The position numbers and the translations under genes are program-made. From Blastocladiella emersonii ATCC 22665 (Eukaryota; Fungi; Blastocladiomycota), in assembly GCA_025594325.1 (NCBI GenBank), contig JANHCV010000013.1:248001-312000 (forward strand): a stretch of 64,000 bases of DNA. Direction: 5' to 3'. How positions within the stretch are numbered: position 1 is the first letter of the stretch; every line of letters starts with the position of its first letter. The notes below the pieces were generated by a model, which saw nothing but the letters and a program-made list of their open reading frames with translations, did no database searches and was not told where the DNA came from. Of this stretch, positions 13,561-24,629 are shown in pieces.

Positions 13561-13852
13561 TCAAGTAATACCTGATCCGCAACATGCGTGTGCGTGCGAT
13601 GGGGATCGAGATGCGTCTACCAAAGCCATGCCGCGACACTCACCAGGCCAGGGCTGCCCGCGTGAGCCGTTCGTTGTTCCAACGTGTCGAGGGGCTTTAG
13701 CCCTCGATTGAAGTCCAGACACGAAGCGCCTGGGTGGTTCAAGCGAAATGCTGTGAGAGGTTCGAGGGAGGTGCGGTGTGCGGACGAGGCATCCGACAAG
13801 GCATCGAGTTCGCCTGCTCGCTCGCGCTGCTCAAGTCAGTCGGCCTGGTGTG

Positions 13853-13903
13853 GCGCAACGCGTCCACGAGCGCAACGCGTCCACGAGCGCAACGCGTCCA
13901 CGA
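13853..13903 (+). repeat. Three 17-bp tandem copies of GCGCAACGCGTCCACGA
   Basis: Read directly. A single copy with similar flanks occurs at ~3490-3536. Confidence 0.85.
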
Positions 13904-14290
13904 GCCCTCGAGCGTACCTCACCGAGGTTTCCCTTCTTATCTTGGACGTGAGTGGGATCAGATTGGTCGCTAGTATCCTGAAAGGTTTCGGCGAGCAGCA
14001 TCGCAAAGGCCTTGGCCGAGCTCTTGATCTGCCTCTCGCACCGCTCTGACGTTGGCCATCCACCGTACTTGGCGCCGTTGCTACTCTATCGGTGCCGACA
14101 GGCGGGGATATCGAACAAGCGCGGCGTGCATGGCGCGCGGCGACCGTCTAGCAAACGCTGCTTGTGTATCGTGGCCGCGGCCTGCCTCCGCTTCGAGACC
14201 ATTTGTCACAACGTCATCCTGAATCAAGCCGCGCGGAGCAGGTGGTACACAGACGAGTATCGCATATTCATCCAGCCGCAAACATCACCC

Positions 14291-15970
14291 TCACCAGTCA
14301 GCGGCCACGGCGCAGTTGAGCGACTTGCCCGCGCGGCCGACGCAGGCGCCGCCACGGGCGAGGTCGAAATCCCAGTTGTGCTTGGGACAGTTGAAGAGCG
14401 AACCGCGGACGTCGCCCTTGAGCATGTCGTAGCGCTTGTGCGGGCAGTAGCGGTCGGCCTCGTAGACGCGGTTGCCGTCGCTGACGCGCACGCGGTTCGG
14501 GTTGCCCGGGACGAGGCCGAGGACCGACGGCGGCGGGACCGGCTTGGACTTTGCGGCACCAGCGGCGGTGTCGGGGAGCGCCGCGTCGGTGGTGGTGGCG
14601 GCGGACGCGTTCATGGCGTCCGTGTGTAGCAGCGCGTGGACCATCTCGGACGCCGAAAGCGTCGCAAGGCTGAGCTCCGGCTGCAGCTTCTTCTCCTCCT
14701 GCGGCGGCGGCACCGTGTCCGCGGGAGCGGCGACGGGTTCCTCCTTGCGCATGACCTCGTCGAGGGTGGGCGGAACCCACTTGGGCCCGCTACCGCCGTC
14801 GAACAGCAGGGCGCTGATGAGGGCCGAGGTACCGACGGCCGAGGCGTCGAGCTTGAGCGGGGCAGCGGCGGCGGCGGGGGCGGTGCGCGACATGTAGTCG
14901 GGAGTGCCCGAGGTAGGCGAGGTGCCGAGCAGCGACTGGGCGAGTGCGGCCCAGTCGGTCCCCGCCGAGCTTGCGCCCGCGGCGGGAGCTACCGGTGCAG
15001 CAGCGGCGGTCGGGGCGGCAGGGGGCGCGACCGGCAGCGCCACGGGCACGACCCGAGCGGGGGCCACGGGAGCAGCGACCACCGGCGCCGCCGTGGGCGC
15101 GATACCGTTGACGACGGACTGGACCAGGTCGTTGTGCATGGTGCGGACGGCGCGCTTATCCATGCCGGCCCAGACGCAGATGCGTAGGCGCTCGGTGACG
15201 ACGGCGGGAACAGGGAGCGCCGAAGCCGTATCGCCGCCGACGCCGCGGTCCCAGGCCTTCTTGGGGAGGAAGCGCAGGTCGGCGACGGTGCGGATGCGCG
15301 CGCGGGCGAGGACGGCACGGTCGAGGGCCACGTCGTTGTCGGACCAGCCGGCGGCCGGAGCGAGCGCGGCGAGGAGGGCGGCGACGGGGAGGGTGCCGGG
15401 AAGCGGGATAGAGAGCTGAGCGGGAACGGGAGCGGCAGCCGGAGCCGGAGCAGCGGAGGAGGGCGAGGGCGCAGGCTCGGTGTGGTTGGGCTCGGCCTTC
15501 TTGTGCTTTTTGTCCTTTTTGGCCTTTTTGGCCTTTTCGGCCTTTTTGGGCTTGGTGTGGATCAGGACTTCGCCGTTGGCCGGCGCAGCAGCGGCGGCAG
15601 GCTCGTCCTCGGGCTCGAGCAGCACAGCGTGCGGGATCGGCGCAGGGACAGCCGCCACGGCCGCCGCGTCGGCGGACCCGTTGGACGCGGTGAAGTTGAG
15701 GTACGTGTCGAGCAGCGACCCGCTGCCGCCGAACGGTGCCGCGGCGGGGGCAGGCGAGGCGGGCTTGCGGCGGGGCTGCGATGCCGACTTGGCCGGGGGC
15801 GCAGTGGCGGCGTCCGAGTCGGAGCCCGAGTCGGAGCCGGAGCTGGTGCCGCTGTCCGACGCGGACGAGGCAGACGACGAGCCGCTCGCCGAGTCGGGCG
15901 CGGCGGAGGCGGCGGCGCGCAGGGACCGGCGGGTGCCGCGAGCGCGGTTCGCGGAAGCAGCAGAATTCAT
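14291..15970 (-). CDS. 559-aa low-complexity protein with a C-terminal Rieske [2Fe-2S] domain and a central SAM-like segment
   Basis: C-terminal YCPHKRYDM...FNCPKHNWDFDL fits Rieske CxH...CxxH. ATG at 15970. GC3-rich intact ORF. Confidence 0.75.
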   Translation of the reverse strand: MNSAASANRARGTRRSLRAAASAAPDSASGSSSASSASDSGTSSGSDSGSDSDAATAPPAKSASQPRRKPASPAPAAAPFGGSGSLLDTYLNFTASNGSADAAAVAAVPAPIPHAVLLEPEDEPAAAAAPANGEVLIHTKPKKAEKAKKAKKDKKHKKAEPNHTEPAPSPSSAAPAPAAAPVPAQLSIPLPGTLPVAALLAALAPAAGWSDNDVALDRAVLARARIRTVADLRFLPKKAWDRGVGGDTASALPVPAVVTERLRICVWAGMDKRAVRTMHNDLVQSVVNGIAPTAAPVVAAPVAPARVVPVALPVAPPAAPTAAAAPVAPAAGASSAGTDWAALAQSLLGTSPTSGTPDYMSRTAPAAAAAPLKLDASAVGTSALISALLFDGGSGPKWVPPTLDEVMRKEEPVAAPADTVPPPQEEKKLQPELSLATLSASEMVHALLHTDAMNASAATTTDAALPDTAAGAAKSKPVPPPSVLGLVPGNPNRVRVSDGNRVYEADRYCPHKRYDMLKGDVRGSLFNCPKHNWDFDLARGGACVGRAGKSLNCAVAADW

Positions 15971-16699
15971 TGCAGGTGGTGGGAGCGAGCGTCTTGCGAC
16001 GAGTTGGGTCGGCTTCGGCGCGGCGACGGTGGCGGCGTGAGGAGCCAGGCGCCGAGGGAGCGGCCGCGACCGGGGACCTTCAGCGGCTTCGTTCGCATGC
16101 CCAAGGTCGGCGCGCACATCATTGCCGGCACTCTCATCTCGTTCGCGTTGCTGAACCACGAGTGCCTCGGGCGGTACCCGGACGCACTGTGCGACGCGAC
16201 GCCGTTCCCGAGGCAGCCCGCGTGTCGCACGGCTCGACGTGCTGCCACTGGTGGGTGGGTTCGTCTCGCTCGGCGCGCTGGTTGCGGCCATCCCGGTGCG
16301 GGCCAACACGTTTGGCGGCGCTGAGCGCGTCGCGTCGCGTTCTGGTGCGACGTGGCCACGCCGACGGCGCCCTGCTTCGTGGCCAAGGTCGCTGTGGACC
16401 TGCCGCGCGCCGTACCCGCCGGCGTCACCTTCTCGCCCTCGCTTTTGTTCCCGTAACCGTACCGCGAGCTGTGGATCTCCATCCGCGCGGTCGCGGTCGC
16501 CCTCTACGTTGCGACACTCAACATGGACTACCCGGCCGAGATGGCGCGTGTACGCGCATGTGGGACGAGCTGACGCGGGGCACCGCCGTGTACAGCGCGC
16601 TCGGGTGCCGCAAGGACGGGTACGGCGCGCTGGTCGGGCTCAAGTTGGCGAATTGCGAGCATCAAAAGCTGGTCCTGGGATATAACTAACTGTTCCTGG

Positions 16700-17240
16700 C
16701 ATACAAATCGTTACAAATGTCCTTGAAGTTGACCTGCGCCGACCCGCACGCCAGGGGCTTGCTTGGACTACGTCGGCGACGGCTTCTACCCGATCGGGTC
16801 GATACCTAGAGCGTGGCGGGCACCGAGACGACGTCGTTGGGGTTGCTGAGCATGGCTTGGTCAATGACAGCCGTCGCCGACCCGAGCGAGTCCCGGCTGA
16901 ACGTCGGCCGCCCTGCGCCACGGCGTTGGACTCGCCCATGGCGCGCAGGTTGTTGTCAGCTCGTACGCCGACGGGTAGCCGACGGCGATCTCGGTCCGCA
17001 AGCATGAATCCGGCATGCGACAGCAGCCGCCATGTCGGTAGGCCGAGACCGCTAACGGGCTCTCGCGCGGCGATACGCTGCACTCGCGCTCGAGCTCGGA
17101 CAGCTGCAGACTCGTGCGCAGCTCGAGCACCGAGTCGCCGCCGAACATGGCGCCGGTGAAGGCGCTGTCCGGCTTGAGGCACCGGTGCGCCTGGATCAGC
17201 GCGTTCGGCAGGTCGTTGACCCGGCCCGTCAACAGGTTCG
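16700..17240 (-). pseudogene. NDUFAF5: NDUFAF5-like (complex I assembly methyltransferase) C-terminal fragment, frameshifted
   Basis: VNDLPNALIQAHRCLKPDSAFTGAMFGGDSVLELRTSLQLSELERE..VSPR, LRAMGESNAV, VPAT and KPLACGSAQVNFKD are spread across frames. Confidence 0.7.
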
Positions 17241-18059
17241 CCACGACCGTGTGACGAGGCTATTGGGCGCAAACCCGCCGGCCAGCTGCATCTCCCCGTC
17301 GAGCGCACAGCACGTGTCGCTCAATCTCGACGCCGCGCGCTTTCCGACTAGATCGGGGGTCGCGATGCGGCGGGTCGCGCAGCTCGCGCGGTCGCCCTGC
17401 AGCTGCTTGGCGGCGCCATGAGACACCGGTAGCGCGAGATGTCGTGAATCATGACGGTGACGCGAATGCAGCCAGTGCGAGGCAGCGGTGATGCATGTTA
17501 TACGTGGTGTGTTTGGTTGGGAGAGCGCGGTGAGAAGCGGCTTCGGTTTGAGCAAGGCGCCGAAGCATCACGTTGGCATCACCCGTGTGGCGCGACGCGT
17601 CCCTCCCGGCGACCGCGAACGGCCGCCATTGCGTTGGCGACTGCAGCGAGATGATACGGATGATTGATCGGGTTGAGCGTTAAAGGGATGGGGAGGCTTG
17701 GGTGGTGTTCAAGGCAAATGGTGGACCGAGCGGACGGGGCGTGGTGACGGTTCCACTTCTGCGGAAGCTGGAGAACACCCGGCGGATAAAGTGATACGCA
17801 GTCGGAGCTTGTGAGTTAAGCTCTTTCGAAGAACGAGACGCCAGAGGCGAGGCGCAAGGCAAAGTTCGTGAGACACTGTCCCCCGCAGCATGTGACGCGC
17901 GTGCGGCGGTGGGAGACGCGTTCCGAGCCGCTTCCCATCCGTCGCGACGCGTCGCCACGCGTCGCCACGCGTCGGCAAAACGTCGACGCTCTCCTCACCT
18001 CGGCCCCGTCCTTCCCCTGTGGCGACGACGGCCCATCCAGACTTCTCGCAAACGCATCC

Positions 18060-20297
18060 ATGCATCGACCGGCGCATGACGCCCCCGCCGCGCCCGCGCG
18101 GCCTACTTCGCAAGCGCCGCCCGTGTCACCGCCAATGGACCTGCACACGGCGCGGGCGGTGACCTGGGCCTACATCAACAGCGGCAAACCTCCCGCCACA
18201 CGCGCGGGATGGTTGGCGCTCAATGCGGCGTGCCGCATGTGCACCGGCGAGTGGCTCGAGCGCCAGACGCAGGCCGCGACCGCGCTTGACTACCTTGAGG
18301 CCGCGCAGCGCTTCATCACGGCCAAGATTGAGGCGCCCGAGACGCCGTCCGAGCTTGCCTCGACTGGGCCGCTCTCGGCACCGGACTGGATGCCGCAGCC
18401 GAGTATACCAATTCTCAACACGTCGTCGGCGTTAACCGCGTCCGACATGCCTGTTCACGTACTTGCGCCCACCACGACCGGGCCGCTTCTGACTGGATTC
18501 CCTGTACTCAAGTCAGCTCGCCCGTTGCCCGCCTCATCATCGTCTTCGGCGGCTGTGGTTACTCCCGAATTGGTCCCTCTCGCGCAGGCACGGAATCCTC
18601 TACGTCCACGGTGCCTGTCCATGCCGGCTATCGGCGTCGCCAACACCCTCGGAGCGGCGTTCAAATCCTCGCCGCTGTCATCCGGGCTGCTTACTTCCTC
18701 ATCGGCGGCAAGCACCTCTATCAGCTCTTTCCCAATCTCCCCAAGCTCGATCTCCGACAGTTCAATCTCCGCCATGTCCAGCCGCAGCGAAGGCGGGTCG
18801 GCCGCCCAGACCCGTAAGCGCTCCATTGCCCAGGTCTTGGACTCGGACAATGAAGTATCGTCTACCGTGTCCGCCGTCGGGTCCTATGCTTCTTCGTCCA
18901 AGTCGGACCAGCTTACGCGTGTGCTGCCGGGCGCGGACACCAAGGTTACAATCACCGCCCCGCCGCCGAAGCAATACGACAACTCCACAATGAACCTTCT
19001 GCTGCTGCAGAGTCGGCTGACGGAGCCCCGGTCCAACGACACTCCGCGTGGCCAAACGGTGGACCATAGTTTCCCCTCGACGTCGAATCCGGCCAGCGCC
19101 ACGCCTATTTCTTCGTCTGAACTGGACCCTGTACTTCCAACGAATGCCGCGTCTTCCGCTATTGCATCCTCGACGGTTCTCTCGCACCCTCACGAGTGCG
19201 CGGCTACTAGCCCCACTCCAGACGCTACCGCCGGTACCGAGTGTAACTTGTGCGGCATCATGCTGCGGCCCGCACCCGAGCCCAAGCGGACATTCCGGGA
19301 ATCGCATTCAACGGCCGATTGCCCGCTTGTACGGTCCCCTGTTGAGCTCGCCAAGCTGGCCAGTCTGCTTGTGGAAGGACTTCACCGTGTTCCCGACGTT
19401 GGCGACATTCAGCCCGGCTCTGGGGCCGACATGACCGAATCTGTACTCGTTGCGCGCGCTACGCTGCTCGCTAGCGATATCAACAACCTGTGTACACGGT
19501 TCAACGAGTATCTGCCCGCGCAGATCGCGCCGATCATGCTCATTGAACTGCCAAGCGCGGCTGGGCGCAAAGGCCTTCTCGCCTTTTTCATCGACAGTTT
19601 GAACGAGCTGCAGCGCCCGGAGCGCCAGAATGCGGCCGCGTGCTCGTCAACCGTTCCCGCACCGCAGTTGCGTGGTGATCCGCGACTGCGCCCGCCCAGC
19701 CACCACGGTCTCAATTCGGCGACTGCCCAGGTGGCTCTGCCATCCGTGAAATCTCACCAACACGCTCACAAAGTGTCTGTGACGGCTGGCTTATCGTCCT
19801 CGCCATCCACTTGTTCTTCCTCATCAGCCGCAGCAGGCATTCAACCCTATTGTTCCGCTTCCGTTGCGCCGGACTACTTTACCAACTGTGGCTACTGCCG
19901 CATGGTTGCCCTCTTCGATCCGGGCTCGCTCATTCAAGACCAAGCGCGCGCGCACAAGACGGCCGACTGCAAAATCTTCGCGCCTCTCAAACACGTAGCC
20001 ACGCTCGTCGCGGAGTGTTTGCCCTTGATCGCAGCAGCAAACTCGTCGTTCGACTTCGTCGCCGAGTTCAAAGCGTGCACCATGGACGCTCGCGATGAGG
20101 CGGTACACGCCTGCACCAAGAGTTTCCTGACCAAAGTTGACACGCTCAAGGAGTCCTTCCCGAAATCCCAGGTCGCGCGGTACGGGCTCGCTGCGGTCCT
20201 GCGACTGTACAAGGGTGAAAGTTGCGTGAAGCGAGTCGTCTTCATCATCCAACGGGTCCACAAGCTCCAGCGCCAGCCCGCGCCGTCGTCCGCTTAG
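18060..20297 (+). CDS. Ser/Pro-rich protein with two CxxC-x18-H-x4-C motifs, unknown family
   Basis: Long intact ORF containing CNLC...HSTADC and CGYC...HKTADC. The start codon is uncertain (18060 or 18135). Confidence 0.65.
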   Translation: MHRPAHDAPAAPARPTSQAPPVSPPMDLHTARAVTWAYINSGKPPATRAGWLALNAACRMCTGEWLERQTQAATALDYLEAAQRFITAKIEAPETPSELASTGPLSAPDWMPQPSIPILNTSSALTASDMPVHVLAPTTTGPLLTGFPVLKSARPLPASSSSSAAVVTPELVPLAQARNPLRPRCLSMPAIGVANTLGAAFKSSPLSSGLLTSSSAASTSISSFPISPSSISDSSISAMSSRSEGGSAAQTRKRSIAQVLDSDNEVSSTVSAVGSYASSSKSDQLTRVLPGADTKVTITAPPPKQYDNSTMNLLLLQSRLTEPRSNDTPRGQTVDHSFPSTSNPASATPISSSELDPVLPTNAASSAIASSTVLSHPHECAATSPTPDATAGTECNLCGIMLRPAPEPKRTFRESHSTADCPLVRSPVELAKLASLLVEGLHRVPDVGDIQPGSGADMTESVLVARATLLASDINNLCTRFNEYLPAQIAPIMLIELPSAAGRKGLLAFFIDSLNELQRPERQNAAACSSTVPAPQLRGDPRLRPPSHHGLNSATAQVALPSVKSHQHAHKVSVTAGLSSSPSTCSSSSAAAGIQPYCSASVAPDYFTNCGYCRMVALFDPGSLIQDQARAHKTADCKIFAPLKHVATLVAECLPLIAAANSSFDFVAEFKACTMDARDEAVHACTKSFLTKVDTLKESFPKSQVARYGLAAVLRLYKGESCVKRVVFIIQRVHKLQRQPAPSSA

Positions 20298-21620
20298 GCG
20301 GGTGGCCTGATTGCTGCCGCACGACATTCGTGGTCGACCGATTACTCTCCTACCATTCCACCTAGCACAAAACTACCCACCGTCCACTTTCCCGCAAAGC
20401 ATATGAATTCAATTGTACTTTGCGCTCATTGAGCATGCAATGTTGCGTGTCGTCCTTGCTGGAGAGAAACGCCAAGGAGACGTGTTGCGTGACGAACGGT
20501 TTGTGGGCATTGGTCTGTTGCGGACGACGATATATGTCTGCGGCCGTTCGGGGATTTTCCGCAAGGAGAACGATCAGGTTCGCCGGTTTCAGGTCTAACA
20601 ATAATCAATTGTGACGATTTTTGACGATCACATGCCGCTGCGGGAACGGCGGTCATTGCCGGAGTTACGCAAATGCATTTGGAGCGCGCGAGTCGAGTCA
20701 GCAAGCTTGGTGTCCGTTACGTCGGTCGGATGCTCGAGACCCCGTTTCGAATCTTCAAAACGTTCGAACGTTGAAATCCATCAACGAGGGCCCAACCTCC
20801 TGCTTCCGCCGCTAGCGGCATCACTTGCACTCCTCCGCTCTGATGTCTACTAACAACTAACCCCGCACTCTTTTGACCTGGAATGCTGGCTCATTTAATG
20901 CCATTTCTTCCGTGATTTCTCCTTCTTTCTTTTGCGGGAGGCAAACACAACGCGTCGCGGAACGGGTGACGCAATCACGTGCGGGATGCAATACGCGTTG
21001 CGCCACAGTTCGGGACAACTCACCAAATAGAGGTTCCTCGACCCTTTTAGAGGCATTGATTGTTGGAGTCCACTCTCTACACACTGATTGGTGGCCATCA
21101 GGTCAGACCATCATACATTGAAAAAGGGAAGCGAGAGAAGTCATTTCCGTGGCGCTGCCGGTCTTCTCATCAGAACTGGGAGTATACTCTCGGCTATGGT
21201 GCTGCCGCGTGCTCCTTGAGTAATTGTAGCCCTTTCCAGAAAGTACGAGAACAACAGGGATCTTCTTGAGAGCGCATACTGGCTAGCTGCGCGACTAACC
21301 GGCTGCGTGAGCTTGATCGAGAGCCAATGAAATGGCTGTCCCGGAGTGCCTCGAGTACCTTACACCGCGTGATGCTCGCATGGTCTCACGGTAACGGGTG
21401 CGCCGATCTTTGGACGAACGCGCCTTTTCTCAACAACCATTTCAGGAAGGGAGGATGTGAGACGATCCTTGAGTCCGCGCTGTAATGTATCTCTCGTCTC
21501 GTTACGGCCAACTCACGAGCTGATCTAGTGACCAGGAAGGTGAATGAGCTGTTTTTGAATTGACCTCTCCGGAAATCAGAATAAGCCAATGCGGTGCATA
21601 CAAAAAGTTTTATTCAGTCG

Positions 21621-23865
21621 TCACACGTTTTCCTTGAGCATCGCCTGACCTGACATGGACGGACGGCGCTGCGTCCTGGCAAAGAGCCCGCTCGGCGGGG
21701 TCTTGCGCTTGGAGCACAGGCCGCCCACCTCCTCGACAATCATGGCGAGGACCGAGACCGCGGCGCCGAGCCCGAGGCTCTCGAGCGGCGTGAAGTGGCC
21801 GACGCTATCCGTGCCGAGGCCGCCGAGAACGAGGAACAGGGCGGCGAACGCGAACCGCGAGAGGATCAGCGTGCGGCGCGGGATCGTGTGCGTGACCGAC
21901 TTGTCGTCGAGGTGGAGCAGGCCGAGGCAGCCCATGATGGCGAACGTGAGCGAGAGCAACGACCAGTAGACCCAGTGGAGGAACGGCGCGACCAACGACG
22001 GATCCGTGCTGGCGCCGCCGCCGCCCGAGGCGAGCTGAATCAGCGTGTTGCCTGCATCCTTGAGTGCCATCGGGGCGGTGCCCGCGTTGAGAATCGACAT
22101 GGGCGGAGCGACGACGGTCTGCGCGACGAGGTTCGCGATACCCGCACCGAGCGCCACGATGGCCCAGCCGAGCGGAATGTGACCCAGACTCCACGCCAGG
22201 CCCGTCTACTCGTTGCGTGTGAGCCGCGGCGAGGGTCAAGTGAGCAGTGCAAAACGTACCTGAACGCTGCGACGGATGGCGTGCATGCGGTGCGAGGCGG
22301 CCTCGACGCGAAAGTAGATAAACTGCAGCGCGTAGCCCGTGAGCAGGCCGAACGCGGCCGCGAGCCACGGCGTCGCGCCGCTCGACGCGGTGCTCTCGAA
22401 GATGATGGCCACGGCAATCTCGCCCAGCACGACAATCACGTACAGGCCGTAGCGCTCGGCGAGGTGCTCGATGTTGACGGCGAGGACGGGCCCGCGGATG
22501 CGGCGCATGAGGGCGCCGTTCGACAGGTGCAGCACGCTGGCCGTCCCGATGGCGGCCGACCACAGGGCGAACTGGGAGGTTGACCCGGCGGGGACGAGCG
22601 CGGCGGCGAGGAACAGCGAGAGCTCCGGGACGCGGATCCCCGCGAGCACGAGGACGTGGTGGCGCACCGTGTCGTTGGCCGCAGCGACCCACGCGTGCGC
22701 GAGCATGTTGGCGGCCATGGACGCGACGACGGCGAGCAGGTACCCCGCGGACGTGTTGACGGCGGGCGCCGGGTCAAAGGCGTTGGCGCAGTTGCTGGCC
22801 ATGTACGTGACGCACAGCATCTGCACGATGGTGTAGAACTTGTGGAACAGGTCGTTGTGAACGAAGCGGTTGTTGTACAGCGTCATCATGGTCCAGTGGC
22901 TTTTTGGGGGACGTGTGTCAGTGGGATCCTTTAGCGCAAGGACCAAGAGTAACGTACAAGAAGATGGGAATGTAGACGAGCGTGAAGCGGGCGAGACCGG
23001 CCCACGACATGTCGTGGTGCAGCACGTAGCCGGCCTTGGCGATGGCCGCGACGTAGATGAGGTCCTGGAACAGCTCCTGCCACGGGACGTGCATCTTTTT
23101 GGCGGCGCGGTGGAGGACGCCGTCGACAAAGTACTGGCGGACGAGCGGGCGGCGGAGCAGCTGCTCGTGCTCGTCGTCGAGCTCAATCTCCTGGTACCGC
23201 TGCAGCTCGCCGAACGTGGAGGCGGTGACGTGGATCATTTCCTTTTGGCTGCTGGTGAGCGAGGACGAGTCGGCGGCGTCATTGGTGCTCACATAGGCGT
23301 CCATGTCGAAGCCCGGTTCCTCCTCCCCTTTGGGCGCATCAGTGGCCAGCTCGGCCGGCGAGGGTCCGGCCTCTGGTCGATCTCGGGCGTGAGTGCGTGA
23401 CTGCGAGTGATCAAGCAAGCAAAGGGCCGTACCGAGAGAGTCGCGGCGAGGCTCGGCAGGGACGCACTGGCGCTTGGCGAGCAAAGTGGCGAGGTGAGGC
23501 GACAGCTCGGTCGCGGCATTAGGAAACTGGTCCGGGTGGGTGCGCAGGAAGCGCAGCTCGTTGACACGCTGGGCAACCTCGCCGGTGGTCGACTCGAAGG
23601 CGGCGTGGGTGAGGACGCGGTCGGCGCGGGTGAGCAGGGCCGAGATTTCGCGGATGCGCTCGACGAGGACCTGGACGTGGTCCTCGGAGCCGAGCACGAT
23701 GACGGTGCACCCCTTGGCGTCCTTGGTCGCCGTTGCCGGTTCCGCAGCGGCAGCGGCGACAGCAGGGACGACCCGGAAGCGGGTCCCCGCGGCGGTCAGC
23801 GTGGTGGCAAAGTTGCAAGTGTCGCCCGACGTCGGGTCCGAGTCGACGGCGTCGTTCATGTCCAT
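21621..23865 (-). CDS. Low temperature requirement A (LtrA) family membrane protein, 3 exons
   Basis: WQELFQDLIYVAAI and HLAERYGLYVIVVLGE motifs, multiple TM segments. Introns 22900-22957 and 22206-22259 (GTACGT...AG) restore the frame. Confidence 0.85.
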
Positions 23866-24629
23866 GGTGTTACGTCGAGCTCAGGGGGTTCCAGCAACGG
23901 GAGCGAGAGCGAGGGCACCCAAGAGGGGACGAATTCGGTGGTCAGGTCAGGCCAGGGATGGCCCCGAATGAAAATCGCAGCGGCACCACGTGGGTGGCTG
24001 ATGGGCTCAGGTGCGAGACAGCGTGCGAGACACTTTTCCATCGGCTCGGCTTCGCGAGGAAGTCCCTGGGTCGATTCGGTTAGTCAGTCGATCGACGCGA
24101 TCGACCATAGCTCGCGAAGGTGGGAGATGCGGCTCGGGGGTCAGGGGTTCCCACCCGACGCATCGTTCGCCGTCGCGTCGCGTCTCCAACGAAGTCATGC
24201 ACCACGACGCAACCATGAAGCACGACACTCGGCGCAAACTCTGTTGTTCGGGCCGCAGAACAGCGGTTCATGGCCAGGGACCGCCGAGCCGCGCGGCCAT
24301 GAAGGCGCGACGCTTCGGCGTTGTTTCACAATGCGGCGGCGCCATGCCAGACGTTGCACGAAGTCGGCTTAGCGGTTCGAGTGCCGCTCGCTGGTCGCCG
24401 CGATGGCGGTGCTGTGCTGCGGGGAAGACCGCAAGGGACCCACGCTCTCGGTCGTGGTCCGATACGCAGACCAACGATAGACGATAGATGTACAGCACCG
24501 GCAGCAGAGCAGAGGTGCGTGCGATCTTCACGCGTGTTGTGGCGCAGCATCGACGCACCCAGGGACGACCAATCAGCGCCGGATGAAGTCGCTAACCAAT
24601 CACGATCGCCCGCCCGCGGTGTTCAGGCC

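Noticed and set aside
20400-21500. Coding-like fragments here and at 30000-31600, 43900-44900 and 48700-49900
   Set aside because: Multiple stops and no recognisable motifs, so no call can be supported.
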